Source of the DNA: a bacterium
Lineage (GTDB): Bacteria; Patescibacteriota; Patescibacteriia; UBA9934
NCBI GenBank assembly: GCA_020053275.1
Contig: JAGVNL010000026.1
Location: 6,416 to 70,415, forward strand
DNA length: 64,000 nt
Direction: 5' to 3'
The first letter of the stretch is position 1; the number at the start of each line of letters is the position of its first letter. The translations under genes and the position numbers were made by a program. The notes beneath the pieces were generated by a model. It was not told the origin of the DNA, made no database searches, and saw only the letters and a list, made by a program, of their open reading frames with translations. Below are positions 27,912 through 37,078 of the stretch, piece after piece.

Positions 27912-29756
27912 CTAAACTCCCAATACCGCCTTAATGCGCCGTACACCAGCCGACACCGCCTCTTCCTTAACAATCTTAAAGCCGCCAAGCTCACCCGTGC
28001 GTAGAACATGCGGCCCGCCACAAATCTCCTTGCTATAGTCGCCTACGAAATAGACTTTGATTTTGCCGCCGACGCTGGCGTATTTATCTTCAAACAAGCC
28101 GATGGCTCCGCGAGCCTTGGCTTCCTCCACCGTCAGCAACTCAAACCTAACGGGCAAATCTTTCTTAATCTGCTCGTTGACGATCCTCTCCACCTCCGTA
28201 ATCTGCTCTGGAGTCATCTTCTCGCCGTGGCTAAAGTCAAACCTCATCCGTTCCGCCGTAATGTTGCTCCCTTTTTGACCAACATGACCGCCGAGCACAT
28301 CTCGCAACGCTTGCTGCAACAAATGCGTCGCCGTATGCAACCGCGTCGTTTCCACTGAATGATCCGCCAGCCCACCAGCGAACTTCTGCTCCGAACCAGC
28401 CCGCGACAAATCTTGATGTGCCTTGAAATCAGTCTTGAATTGATTTTCGTCCACACTCAAATTATAGGTCCTAGCTAATTCTTCGGTAGTAAGCTCCAGC
28501 GGAAAACCAAACGACTGATAAAGATTAAAAGCATCAGTCCCAGTTATTGCCTGATTCTTCTCCACAATCTTCTTCAGCTCTCGCAAACCCTGCTCAACAG
28601 ATTTCCCAAACTTAGTCTCTTCATTCTCAAGCTCCTTCAGAATCATCTCTCGCTTTTCTATCAGTTCTGGGTACGCATCTTTATAGGTCTCAATATAAGC
28701 TGTGGAAACCTGCCTAATCAACGCCTCTTCAACCCCGAGCCGACGAGCCAAACGAACAGCCCTCCTGATTAAACGACGCACAAAGTAACCCTGATCCTTA
28801 TTACCAGGCAAAACGCCGTCACCAATCAAGAAGGTTGCTGCCTTAATATGATCAAGCACGACTCGGAAAGCAAAAGTCTCGTCTACATTGACACCGTATT
28901 TCTTACCAGACGCTTGCTCAATTATTGCTCTAGCCTCATCAAACAAACTACTCATGAATATATCCGGATTGTTCAACACTGCCGCCGCTAAGCGCTCTAA
29001 ACCTCCGCCAAAGTCAACATTGCGTTTTGGCAACGGCACAAAACCGCTCTCCGTCTTCATGTACTGCATGAAAACATTATTACCAATCTCCATGTATCTC
29101 CCGCAATCACAGTTCACATGACACGCTTCATCCTTCCAGACCGAAACCTCATGCAAGCCAAGTGCTGCACCAAAGTCCCAAAACATTTCAGTGTCAGGGC
29201 CACCTGGTTCGCCAACTGGCATCTTGTCAGGCGTGCCAGATCGTGACCACCAGTTCTTGCTTTCTGGATAAAAGAAAATTCTTTCACCTACCTTCGCCTC
29301 AAGGCCGACACTCGCAAAACATGATTGCCACAAAGCTACCGTTTCGTCGTCCTGCGGAATGTTAATAGCCGGCGAACCAGCGAACACAGACACATAAAGC
29401 TGTGCAGGATTAAGCCCCAACTCCTTAGTTAAAAACTCAAACATCCAGGTAACCTGCTCTTGCTTAAAATAATCACCAAGCGACCAATTACCAAGCATTT
29501 CAAAAAAAGTTGTATGACGGTTGTCGCCCACCTCCTCAATATCCTGCGACCTAAAACACTTCTGACTATCCACCAAACGCGTGCCGAGCGGATGCGTTTC
29601 ACCAAGCAAGTACGGCACCATCGGTTGCATGCCGCTACCAGTAAACAAAGTGGACGGATCATTCTCCGGTACCAGCCTGGCCGATGGAATTACCACATGA
29701 CCCTTACTCTTAAAAAAATCCAAGTACTTCTGACGCAATTGATTGGCAGTAATCAT
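27912..29756 (-). CDS. alaS: Alanine--tRNA ligase (short form, no C-Ala domain)
   Basis: LFTGSGMQP, RHTTFFEMLGNWS, DFGGGLERL, HTATHLL, EICGGPH, AGVRRIKA. Confidence 0.96.
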   Translation of the reverse strand: MITANQLRQKYLDFFKSKGHVVIPSARLVPENDPSTLFTGSGMQPMVPYLLGETHPLGTRLVDSQKCFRSQDIEEVGDNRHTTFFEMLGNWSLGDYFKQEQVTWMFEFLTKELGLNPAQLYVSVFAGSPAINIPQDDETVALWQSCFASVGLEAKVGERIFFYPESKNWWSRSGTPDKMPVGEPGGPDTEMFWDFGAALGLHEVSVWKDEACHVNCDCGRYMEIGNNVFMQYMKTESGFVPLPKRNVDFGGGLERLAAAVLNNPDIFMSSLFDEARAIIEQASGKKYGVNVDETFAFRVVLDHIKAATFLIGDGVLPGNKDQGYFVRRLIRRAVRLARRLGVEEALIRQVSTAYIETYKDAYPELIEKREMILKELENEETKFGKSVEQGLRELKKIVEKNQAITGTDAFNLYQSFGFPLELTTEELARTYNLSVDENQFKTDFKAHQDLSRAGSEQKFAGGLADHSVETTRLHTATHLLQQALRDVLGGHVGQKGSNITAERMRFDFSHGEKMTPEQITEVERIVNEQIKKDLPVRFELLTVEEAKARGAIGLFEDKYASVGGKIKVYFVGDYSKEICGGPHVLRTGELGGFKIVKEEAVSAGVRRIKAVLGV

Positions 29757-29791
29757 AATGTACAGAGTGTAGCTGAGCCCAGCTTCCTTGC

Positions 29792-29824
29792 CAACCCCTG
29801 GGGTCGGTCAACCCCCGGGGTTGA
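29792..29824. repeat. REP-like palindrome doublet upstream of alaS
   Basis: caacccctggggtcg-g-tcaacccccggggttga. Confidence 0.7.
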
Positions 29825-29899
29825 TTATGAAGATGCCGTGAAAAAAAGTCGACGCCCCCATTTCTGGAGGCGTCATACGAGGAGCAATAGTCACGATTG

Positions 29900-30358
29900 T
29901 CACGAACGGAGCGAGAACGGCCGCCTACCACTACCCCGGCTAGAGTTTCTGCCTAGGCCGAGCCGGCGAATCGGCGCTGGCCGTGGCACAGCTGGTTCAC
30001 CTCCCAACTCCTCGTCGAACAGGCAGGCTTGAGCTTCAACCTCAACTAAAGGTAGCAAACCGACTGGCCGCATCCGACAATCTGCCAAGAAGTGTATTGG
30101 CTCGTCAGGAAGCGTCGGCAAAATATGTACTGGACACTCCTCATGTATTACCTCCTCCCCTGTATCGTCATCGACCACTACTAGGACAGCAACCGCAGGT
30201 GCCTCCGTCACCGGATCGCTTGCGATTATGGGTAGAGGACCGATCTGTATTCCAGCAGGAACTCGATCCTTCCGCCGCACACGGTACGACTCTAATCCAA
30301 ACGCCAACCATAGCGCAGCCGTCACCAAGCAGCAACAGCCGCCGAGCAATTGTTGCAT
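29900..30358 (-). CDS. Hypothetical protein with N-terminal membrane anchor
   Basis: GGAGG Shine-Dalgarno before the ATG; hydrophobic N-terminus; no recognised family. Confidence 0.5.
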   Translation of the reverse strand: MQQLLGGCCCLVTAALWLAFGLESYRVRRKDRVPAGIQIGPLPIIASDPVTEAPAVAVLVVVDDDTGEEVIHEECPVHILPTLPDEPIHFLADCRMRPVGLLPLVEVEAQACLFDEELGGEPAVPRPAPIRRLGLGRNSSRGSGRRPFSLRS

Positions 30359-30402
30359 CGTGCCTCCAAGAGCAACACTAAACTATCAAAAATAAGCTAA
30401 TC

Positions 30403-31068
30403 TTACAAGCCTTCGTCCCAGGTCACCTGTCCGTCACCGGTAATATCTATCGTTGCCCCCTGGTACTCTGGCAATGCTCCGAACAACACCTCCACATACG
30501 CTTTAACTATCGCAAATCTCTCCCGCAACGCAAACTGCTCATCTTGAGCATAGGCTTGTTTCTCTACCGCCACTCCATAAGCATCAATCCCTAGCGCCTG
30601 ACCTATATACAAAGCCCGTGGCAAATGAAATGTCTGACTCGCTACAATCGCCGACTTCACCCCAAAAATATGTGCTGCTCGGTACATTGTATCGTAAGTG
30701 TCCACTCCAGCATGATCAAGAAATATATCCTGTGGAGCGACACCAAGCGTCAGCAAATACTTACGCATCGCGTTCACCTCGTCATAGTCGTCAGTCGTGT
30801 GGTCACCAGAGAGCAAAATCTTCGGCGCCTTGCCGGCCGCATACAATTCATTCGCCATCAATAACCTGTCTCGTAACACATCGGAAGGTTGACCGCTTGG
30901 CAAGACACTCGCCCCAGGCACAATTATCACCTGAACCGCCGGCACCTCGTCGACGCTAAGAATACGGTTTGCTAACGACCCAACCGCCGCCTGCGCCGAA
31001 ATAAATAGAGCAATCGCCAAACCAATCAGCACAACAATTCCTCCCCAAACTAAGCGAGCTAACCTCAT
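30403..31068 (-). CDS. SanA/YdcF (DUF218, ElyC-like) family protein
   Basis: IVPGAS, LRDRL, LLSGDH..YDEV, DHAGVDTYD, QTFHLPRALY. Confidence 0.9.
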   Translation of the reverse strand: MRLARLVWGGIVVLIGLAIALFISAQAAVGSLANRILSVDEVPAVQVIIVPGASVLPSGQPSDVLRDRLLMANELYAAGKAPKILLSGDHTTDDYDEVNAMRKYLLTLGVAPQDIFLDHAGVDTYDTMYRAAHIFGVKSAIVASQTFHLPRALYIGQALGIDAYGVAVEKQAYAQDEQFALRERFAIVKAYVEVLFGALPEYQGATIDITGDGQVTWDEGL

Positions 31069-32675
31069 AAGCCGGTACTCATTTCTGTTGGCTGAGCAGA
31101 TCTCAATAATTTTCGTTTCAAACCACTAACTACTGAACGCATTTCAGGACTTCCTGAATAATATGCCACAACAGAATAAACAATAAGTCCAACGCCACCA
31201 GCCACTACTGTTTGCAAAAACACATGCCAGAATGTATCCAACTCCCACACGGCCGACATTCCATACTTAACCAACTGCATAACCCCAGCTGCCACTCCAC
31301 CAGCAAATAATAATACCGACACCGACCATAAAATTTTCTTCTCATCCAAATCCCCCAGCCGCTTATGCAGTAACGCCCACAACACACCAGCCTGGAAAAT
31401 CGCTGTTAGCGTAAAAGATAACCCAAGCCCTTCCACGCCCATACTCCGCGTAAATATCCACGCTCCAGCAACATTCAACAACGCCGAACCTAAGCCTACT
31501 AAGAACGGTGTTACTGTATCCTCATAAGCAAAGTAAGCTCGCACCAAAACATACACCAACGACTGGGCAAAAAAACTGATCGCGAAGAAACCAAGTATAT
31601 TGGCCGTGGTAATGGTCGCTGCCCAATCAAAACTAGGCGATCCATAAAGTACCCGCACAATCTGCGCTCGCAGCAATAGTGTTACCGCGGTAATTGGAAT
31701 TATAAAAAACATAACCTGCCGTACAGTTTCGGAAAATGAATTACGGAAAGCTTCAATATTCTTCTTGTTCGCGAAATCACAAAAAGTTGGATATGCCGCA
31801 ATCGCATAAGACACCGCAAAAACGCCAATCGGAAAATAATTGAGAGCGTAAGAAATATTTAGTAAAGTTGCGGAACCAGCCACCAGTGACGACGCCAAAA
31901 TATCCATCACTAAAAAATTGACCTGGTTAATTGCCAACCCCATGACTCGCGGCCCCATTTGCTTAAGTGAACGCCAGACATCCGACTCCTGCCAAAACTT
32001 TACAAAAGCAAACCTATAACCCAAACCAAACACACCTACCAACTGAATTGAAGCGTGGAGTAGGGCACCGAAAACAGTTCCGTAAGCCAAGCCAATCGGA
32101 CCAAAAATCGGGACAAAAAATATCGCACCAAAAATAATTCCTAAATTATTCAAGATCGGCGCAAATGAATATAGGAAAAATCGCTTAGCTCCCTGCAAAA
32201 CAGAACCAAACACCATGGAAATACTGAAGAACGCTTGCCCAATAAACATTATGCGCATCATTTTAACCATCAGTGCTCGCGTTTCTGGTGGGAAGTTAAT
32301 ACCAAGCGGTATCGCCAAAACTGGCGCTAGTATTTCACCAAGAATCGCCAATCCTAAAAACCCTATCACTAGCGTCACCAACATCGCATTCGTATAACGC
32401 CAAGCCTTCTCCTCATTATTAGCAAAGTAATAGCGCGAGAATATCGTAATGAAACTCGCCGACAGTGCACCTATAACAAACAGTTGGAGTAGAATGTCTG
32501 GAATCCGCAACGCCTGATAATAAGCATCAGTTATCTGATCTTGACCGTAAAATAAATGCAGTAATATCCTATCGCGAACAAAACCAGCAATTCGGGATGC
32601 TATAGAAAAGACACCAACAATTATCGCCGCACTCGCAATCGTCGGTGAAACATTGTTAAACAATTTTTTCATCAT
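31065..32675 (-). CDS. murJ: Lipid II flippase MurJ (MviN)
   Basis: SRIAGFVRD, DAYYQALRIPD, GALSASFI, PIGVF, RAYFAYEDTVTP. Confidence 0.93.
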   Translation of the reverse strand: MMKKLFNNVSPTIASAAIIVGVFSIASRIAGFVRDRILLHLFYGQDQITDAYYQALRIPDILLQLFVIGALSASFITIFSRYYFANNEEKAWRYTNAMLVTLVIGFLGLAILGEILAPVLAIPLGINFPPETRALMVKMMRIMFIGQAFFSISMVFGSVLQGAKRFFLYSFAPILNNLGIIFGAIFFVPIFGPIGLAYGTVFGALLHASIQLVGVFGLGYRFAFVKFWQESDVWRSLKQMGPRVMGLAINQVNFLVMDILASSLVAGSATLLNISYALNYFPIGVFAVSYAIAAYPTFCDFANKKNIEAFRNSFSETVRQVMFFIIPITAVTLLLRAQIVRVLYGSPSFDWAATITTANILGFFAISFFAQSLVYVLVRAYFAYEDTVTPFLVGLGSALLNVAGAWIFTRSMGVEGLGLSFTLTAIFQAGVLWALLHKRLGDLDEKKILWSVSVLLFAGGVAAGVMQLVKYGMSAVWELDTFWHVFLQTVVAGGVGLIVYSVVAYYSGSPEMRSVVSGLKRKLLRSAQPTEMSTGL

Positions 32676-33655
32676 ACTTCGCGTTCGTTCTCTTCATTCA
32701 CAACAGCCACACTTGAACCGCGAGCATTACGCCTACGAACAACTATCACACTCAATAAGCAACCAATAGCCAACAGACCAAGCACAATGACCAAAATCTG
32801 AATGACTGGATTACTCAAACGCCAAAACGAAACCGTAGAATTACCTGGTTCTGCTTCAGCAGCTACGGCATTGTCAAAAATACCATACGCCTTATCTGGC
32901 CAAACTATTCCAGCCTTGGCGTTCGTCGAATCACTTGCTAATTCGGAGTTTGCAAAGGCTACAGCACTGCCAGTACTCGCACCATCAACTATGGAATTAG
33001 CTATAGTTGTCGGCGTTTGGGCTTCAGTGTTCTGTATCACCGTCTTAGCCAAAGTTACAGCTGGTGCAACAGCTACCGTCTTCACAGGAACAGCTGTTGG
33101 CAGCGGTGTCACCGGCGGGACGATTACTGGCTTAGGAGTATTGTCGACACTATCACAAGCGTCACCAATGCCATCATTATCAAGATCAGCCTGATCTGCA
33201 TTCGCGTTGTCCCGACAATTATCAACATCATCTAGCACACCATCTTTATCCGCATCAAGAATAGTCGCATAGAGCACGGTCATTGCAGAATCGTTACTTG
33301 AGTTCTGATCGGCTGGTACTGAACCAGCCAAAACTGCATAAATATTAAATGATGTACTTGGCAGTAAAAAGTCGACGAACACTTCTTCTGGTGCTCCACC
33401 CACTCGCAAGGAAACCGGCTGTGTAGCACCAACCACCTTAGAACCATTATAAAAAACCACACTCGCCTGCATATCAACATCGCCTAAATTGCGGACGCGA
33501 GCATAAATCCTGACAATATCGCCGCTATAAAAAGTAGACGAGGAGAAAGTAATGGAATTGTTATCAATCGCTATATCAGCAACTGCTGCCTGAGCTCGCG
33601 AAGGTAGCCAAAAAATAAAGAGGAGACTGAGAAAAAATAATCCTATTTTTTTCAT
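32672..33655 (-). CDS. Cell-surface protein with CARDB-like domain, thrombospondin type-3 Ca-binding repeat and C-terminal anchor
   Basis: Signal peptide; VRNLGD...DQNSSND; DADKDGVLDDVDNC...DQADLDNDGIGDACD; TM followed by RRR. Confidence 0.8.
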   Translation of the reverse strand: MKKIGLFFLSLLFIFWLPSRAQAAVADIAIDNNSITFSSSTFYSGDIVRIYARVRNLGDVDMQASVVFYNGSKVVGATQPVSLRVGGAPEEVFVDFLLPSTSFNIYAVLAGSVPADQNSSNDSAMTVLYATILDADKDGVLDDVDNCRDNANADQADLDNDGIGDACDSVDNTPKPVIVPPVTPLPTAVPVKTVAVAPAVTLAKTVIQNTEAQTPTTIANSIVDGASTGSAVAFANSELASDSTNAKAGIVWPDKAYGIFDNAVAAEAEPGNSTVSFWRLSNPVIQILVIVLGLLAIGCLLSVIVVRRRNARGSSVAVVNEENEREV

Positions 33656-34227
33656 ACAACACGAAGTTTACCATGCACCACCCCGCTAATCCAATATTCG
33701 CGAGCAATATCTGGATGAATATGCAATCGCAAACGATAGCTTGGGTGCACGCGAACAATAATATTCGTCAATATAACTGGCTGGTCACCAATAATCTCCA
33801 CCTCCACAATCTTGCCGTTTGTCAGGTGTAAACTCGCCGCTTCCGTGTCAGAACAATGCAAATGCGCTTGCGGAATAATCACACTCGCTTCCGCCATAAC
33901 TTCCCCAGCTGGCCCAACCAAACGGCAAGTTGCAGCTCGACTAGCATCGCCGGACCTGGCAACTAGTGCATTCAAACCAAGCAAAGCCGCTTCTGTCGGC
34001 GTCAATTCAACTTGCGTATTCTGACGATACGGCCCAAGCACTCGTAAAGTTATTGATCGCTTGAGCTTACCAAAAACCTCAAGCGACTGTGCATAAGCGA
34101 ACTGCCCACTCTGCGCCAAGGTGTGAGTAATGGTCGACGCCATACCAACGCCAAACAACACCACCTGATGCTCTTCAGACAAGTGAATATGCGAAGGCAC
34201 GATTTCTATCGGAATAGGACGCGACAT
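33652..34227 (-). CDS. PduL/EutD-family phosphate acyltransferase
   Basis: HIHLS, LAQSGQFA, RVLGPYRQNTQVE, LVGPAGEV, AHLHCS, IVRV. Confidence 0.8.
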   Translation of the reverse strand: MSRPIPIEIVPSHIHLSEEHQVVLFGVGMASTITHTLAQSGQFAYAQSLEVFGKLKRSITLRVLGPYRQNTQVELTPTEAALLGLNALVARSGDASRAATCRLVGPAGEVMAEASVIIPQAHLHCSDTEAASLHLTNGKIVEVEIIGDQPVILTNIIVRVHPSYRLRLHIHPDIAREYWISGVVHGKLRVV

Positions 34228-34239
34228 AGCTTTAGTATA

Positions 34240-34956
34240 TCACTTCTTTACTTTATCGTAAGCGTTACCATACGACGGCCGCTTAATTGAGCCGAATAAC
34301 ATAATATAAGGCTCAGCCAAACCGTTGACGAGGAGAAAACGCAGTCTGCCAATCTTCTCTTGCCGACGCATCGTAATGCCGACTTTGACGCTGTTCAGTA
34401 CGCCGAATTTATAACCAGCGTCTCTTACCAGCAAGCCATAATCATGATCTTCAGCAAATGTTACTGCTGGATCAAAGCCACCAATCGCGTTGTGCACCTT
34501 GCGCCAGACCATCATCATCGTGCCAATCGGATGCGGGTGCCTACTTCCCCACAACCGTACATAACGGTTATAAAATTTAAACGATAATCTATCAAGCCTC
34601 GTGCCGCCCTTTACCGCTACATCACAAGTTACCAAATCAAATTTTCGTTCCTCAAACTCAGCCACCGCCTTCGCCAACCAATCATTGCCCTCAATAATCG
34701 CATCGGCGTCCAAAAATAATACAATCTCTGCCGTCGACGCCTTAACGCCAGCGTTCCTACCAACTGCCGCAATCCCACCGTGCACCACCGTCACGCCCAC
34801 AAAACTCCTGGCAACCTCCCTCGTACCATCCGTACTCCCAGCGTCCGCCACAATAATCTCATCTGGTACCCTCGTCTGCCGCAAAAGCGCCGTCAGCAAC
34901 ACCGGCAAATACTTCGCTTCATTCTTCGCTGGAATCACCACGGCAAGACGCATCAT
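34240..34956 (-). CDS. Glycosyltransferase family 2
   Basis: VVIPAKNE, VADAGSTDGT, GRNAG, LFLDAD, GGFD...AEDHD. Confidence 0.9.
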   Translation of the reverse strand: MMRLAVVIPAKNEAKYLPVLLTALLRQTRVPDEIIVADAGSTDGTREVARSFVGVTVVHGGIAAVGRNAGVKASTAEIVLFLDADAIIEGNDWLAKAVAEFEERKFDLVTCDVAVKGGTRLDRLSFKFYNRYVRLWGSRHPHPIGTMMMVWRKVHNAIGGFDPAVTFAEDHDYGLLVRDAGYKFGVLNSVKVGITMRRQEKIGRLRFLLVNGLAEPYIMLFGSIKRPSYGNAYDKVKK

Positions 34957-35068
34957 AATATAAGTATTGTAACATATATCGCTGCCAGGCATATGCTAGG
35001 CAGCAGACTGATATTTTTTTGACATCTCAGGCCTATCATGCCAACATTCAGCGACCCAGGAGCCCATC

Positions 35069-35641
35069 ATGACCATCCCCCTTCTCACCTTCCTCGCCCT
35101 CTTCACACCAACCGCCGCGGCTGGAGTGTCCGCCCAACTCAACATCAAAGTTGCAGGTAGCGCCAAACTCACGGAGAAGATTGACCTCGGCGTGTTCGCC
35201 AACGCCATGCTACTACCCGGTACCACCGCCTACTACTGCACCTACACTGGCCCAGGATTCCAGCTCACCCCGTGGTGGTGGGCAAGCCCCCGTGGTGGCG
35301 TCATCCTCAACTGGCCGGCCACCGGCCAAGCATCGCCCATCGCCTCGCTCTGGAACTACTTCACGCTCCACGGCGGCGACCTCTCGCTCTTCACGGAAAC
35401 CGAGGTATACCCGTTGCCAGGCGGCGGCGTTGACTACTTTGGCTTCTACCAGGCCGACTACAACTTCACGGCGCTGAGCCTTGGACTCATGGCGGAACAG
35501 GTGAACACGAGCATCACGGCTGGGCCAATAGTGTCTTACTCCTTCAACAAGAACCTGAGCGCTGGCGTGGAGTACCACCTCAACCCCCTCGACCTCACCG
35601 CCCAGACCATCCGCGGCAACCTGTCCCTCAAGTTCAACTGA
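35069..35641 (+). CDS. Secreted hypothetical protein, predicted beta-barrel-like
   Basis: AGGAG SD, signal peptide, alternating amphipathic strands, C-terminus LSLKFN. Confidence 0.7.
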   Translation: MTIPLLTFLALFTPTAAAGVSAQLNIKVAGSAKLTEKIDLGVFANAMLLPGTTAYYCTYTGPGFQLTPWWWASPRGGVILNWPATGQASPIASLWNYFTLHGGDLSLFTETEVYPLPGGGVDYFGFYQADYNFTALSLGLMAEQVNTSITAGPIVSYSFNKNLSAGVEYHLNPLDLTAQTIRGNLSLKFN

Positions 35642-35666
35642 CACCACGGTCAGTTTCCCTCTCCTA

Positions 35667-35707
35667 CGCCGCCCCAGAAGCCCTCGTGCTTCACGGGCGG
35701 CTTCTTA
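35667..35707 (+). terminator. Hairpin after the 35069-35641 gene
   Basis: gccgccc...gaagc-cctcgt-gcttc...gggcggc followed by ttctt. Confidence 0.55.
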
Positions 35708-35737
35708 ATTACCAAAAATAAAGTATACTTGCAATAT

Positions 35738-36046
35738 ATGATAAATCCAAAAGAACAATTCCCAGCACTTCACGATTTCCTAAGTGCCTACTATCACGAA
35801 GACTGGAATGTGAACGCACAAACAGCAAATAATGTTATAATTCATTTTCTTTCCAACGCCAGTGCATCCGAAATTCCAACTCAAATCGCTGAAGAAATTG
35901 ATGAACTGCTCACAGCTAAAATTAATGATTCGGAACTAAACAACCTAATCTTCGATCATCTTGGTTGTTATTATAGCCCCGAAGCAGATAATCTAACCGT
36001 CCGAGACTGGCTCGCATCAATCGCGAAACAAATGCGTAATCATTAA
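35738..36046 (+). CDS. CdiI-like contact-dependent inhibition immunity protein
   Basis: FPALHDFLSAYYHEDW...EEIDELL...LGCYYSP...WL pattern; about 100 aa, acidic. Confidence 0.7.
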   Translation: MINPKEQFPALHDFLSAYYHEDWNVNAQTANNVIIHFLSNASASEIPTQIAEEIDELLTAKINDSELNNLIFDHLGCYYSPEADNLTVRDWLASIAKQMRNH

Positions 36047-36110
36047 AACAAAAGCGGACGCCCGACCCGAGAGTCGTGCGTCCAGTTGTTACCGCCGTTG
36101 TTCTTGGCAG

Positions 36111-36377
36111 CTAGGCATGTCCCAACATCCGTACTCCATCCTCGCACCGCTGCTTCTCCGCCTCGAGATACCCGGACACATCGTAGGTCACAGGCACAGC
36201 ACCAAGCAGCTTGACGCGCTTCTCCCAGGCCGCCTTGATGATGTCATGGTCAGCCGGGATGGCAGTTCTCCGGTAGACGATGAGGTTGGCCAGGCAGGCC
36301 ATGTCGATCTCATCTGCCTCCTTGATCGCCTCGACGATCGACTTGTGGAAAGGCACCGGCTTCTTGTTCTCGTCCAT
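36111..36377 (-). CDS. Hypothetical protein
   Basis: GGGAG SD upstream and a hairpin downstream; no recognised family. Confidence 0.55.
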   Translation of the reverse strand: MDENKKPVPFHKSIVEAIKEADEIDMACLANLIVYRRTAIPADHDIIKAAWEKRVKLLGAVPVTYDVSGYLEAEKQRCEDGVRMLGHA

Positions 36378-36475
36378 GACTCACTCCCTGATTGCAGGTT
36401 ACTTGCTCGGCCACCATAGCCTAAAGCAGGCTAAGACTAACAAACAAAAAAGGCTCGGTCAACCCGAGTCTCTCT

Positions 36476-36552
36476 TGGTGTATCTGGCGGGATTCGAACC
36501 CACGACCTTCTCCTTCGGAGGGAGACACTCTATCCAGCTAAGCTACAGATAC
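36476..36552 (-). tRNA. tRNA-Arg (CCG)
   Basis: Cloverleaf; anticodon arm tctcc-ctCCGaa-ggaga, GTTCGAATC, encoded CCA. Confidence 0.96.
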
Positions 36553-36557
36553 ATAAA

Positions 36558-36995
36558 CTACTGGGCCTTCGTTAAGACATACATCGCGATTCCACTGGCT
36601 ACCGAGACATTCAGCGACTGCTTCTTGCCCATGGGGATAACTACCAATCCGTCGAGTAATCGCCGAGTTTCAACATCAATTCCCGCCACTTCGTTGCCTA
36701 ACACCAGCGCAATTTTTCTCACTCCAATCACCCCAATATCCTTTGCCTCATCCCCCGTTTCCAAACCGAGCACAGTGTAACCCGCCGTCCGGCACTCGTC
36801 GATAGCTTGGCTAATCTCAGCCTTAACCCAGTCAACCAAAAGCTCGGCACCCAAAGCGACCTTAGCAATCTCCTTGCGTGGCGGCGTCTCCGTAAACCCC
36901 GTCAAATATAGCTTTTCTATGTTAAAAGCAGCCGCATTACGGAATATACTACCAACATTGTGCAGGCTGCGAATGTCGTGGACGATAATGATCAT
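36558..36995 (-). CDS. TrmH/SpoU family RNA methyltransferase
   Basis: IRSLHNVGSIFR, LVLGNEVAG, IPMG.KQSLNVSVA. Confidence 0.92.
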   Translation of the reverse strand: MIIIVHDIRSLHNVGSIFRNAAAFNIEKLYLTGFTETPPRKEIAKVALGAELLVDWVKAEISQAIDECRTAGYTVLGLETGDEAKDIGVIGVRKIALVLGNEVAGIDVETRRLLDGLVVIPMGKKQSLNVSVASGIAMYVLTKAQ

Positions 36996-37078
36996 AGCGG
37001 TGTGAGCATACTAGGATTAGCCAAAAACGACAATTTCTGGCATAGTCGCGGCAAATCAACCTGTAATCTCAATTCAAT

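Noticed and set aside
27912-29756. Short AlaRS (and short HrcA at 57472-58182) as pseudogenes or novelty
   Set aside because: Catalytic and editing motifs are intact with clean ends; such compact forms are common in reduced genomes.
29983-30381. Plus-strand 132-aa ORF as the real gene in this interval
   Set aside because: The minus-strand ORF 29900-30358 has an SD, a TM segment and the same orientation as its neighbours; the plus-strand ORF has none of these.
36047-36110. Hairpins after the GC-rich orphans (also 60580-60650) as integron attC sites
   Set aside because: No convincing RYYYAAC/GTTRRRY boxes, no shared sequence and no integrase; they are adequately explained as terminators.
34960-36475. 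Integrative element or prophage at tRNA-Arg
   Set aside because: I found no duplicated tRNA 3' end (att site), integrase or phage gene.
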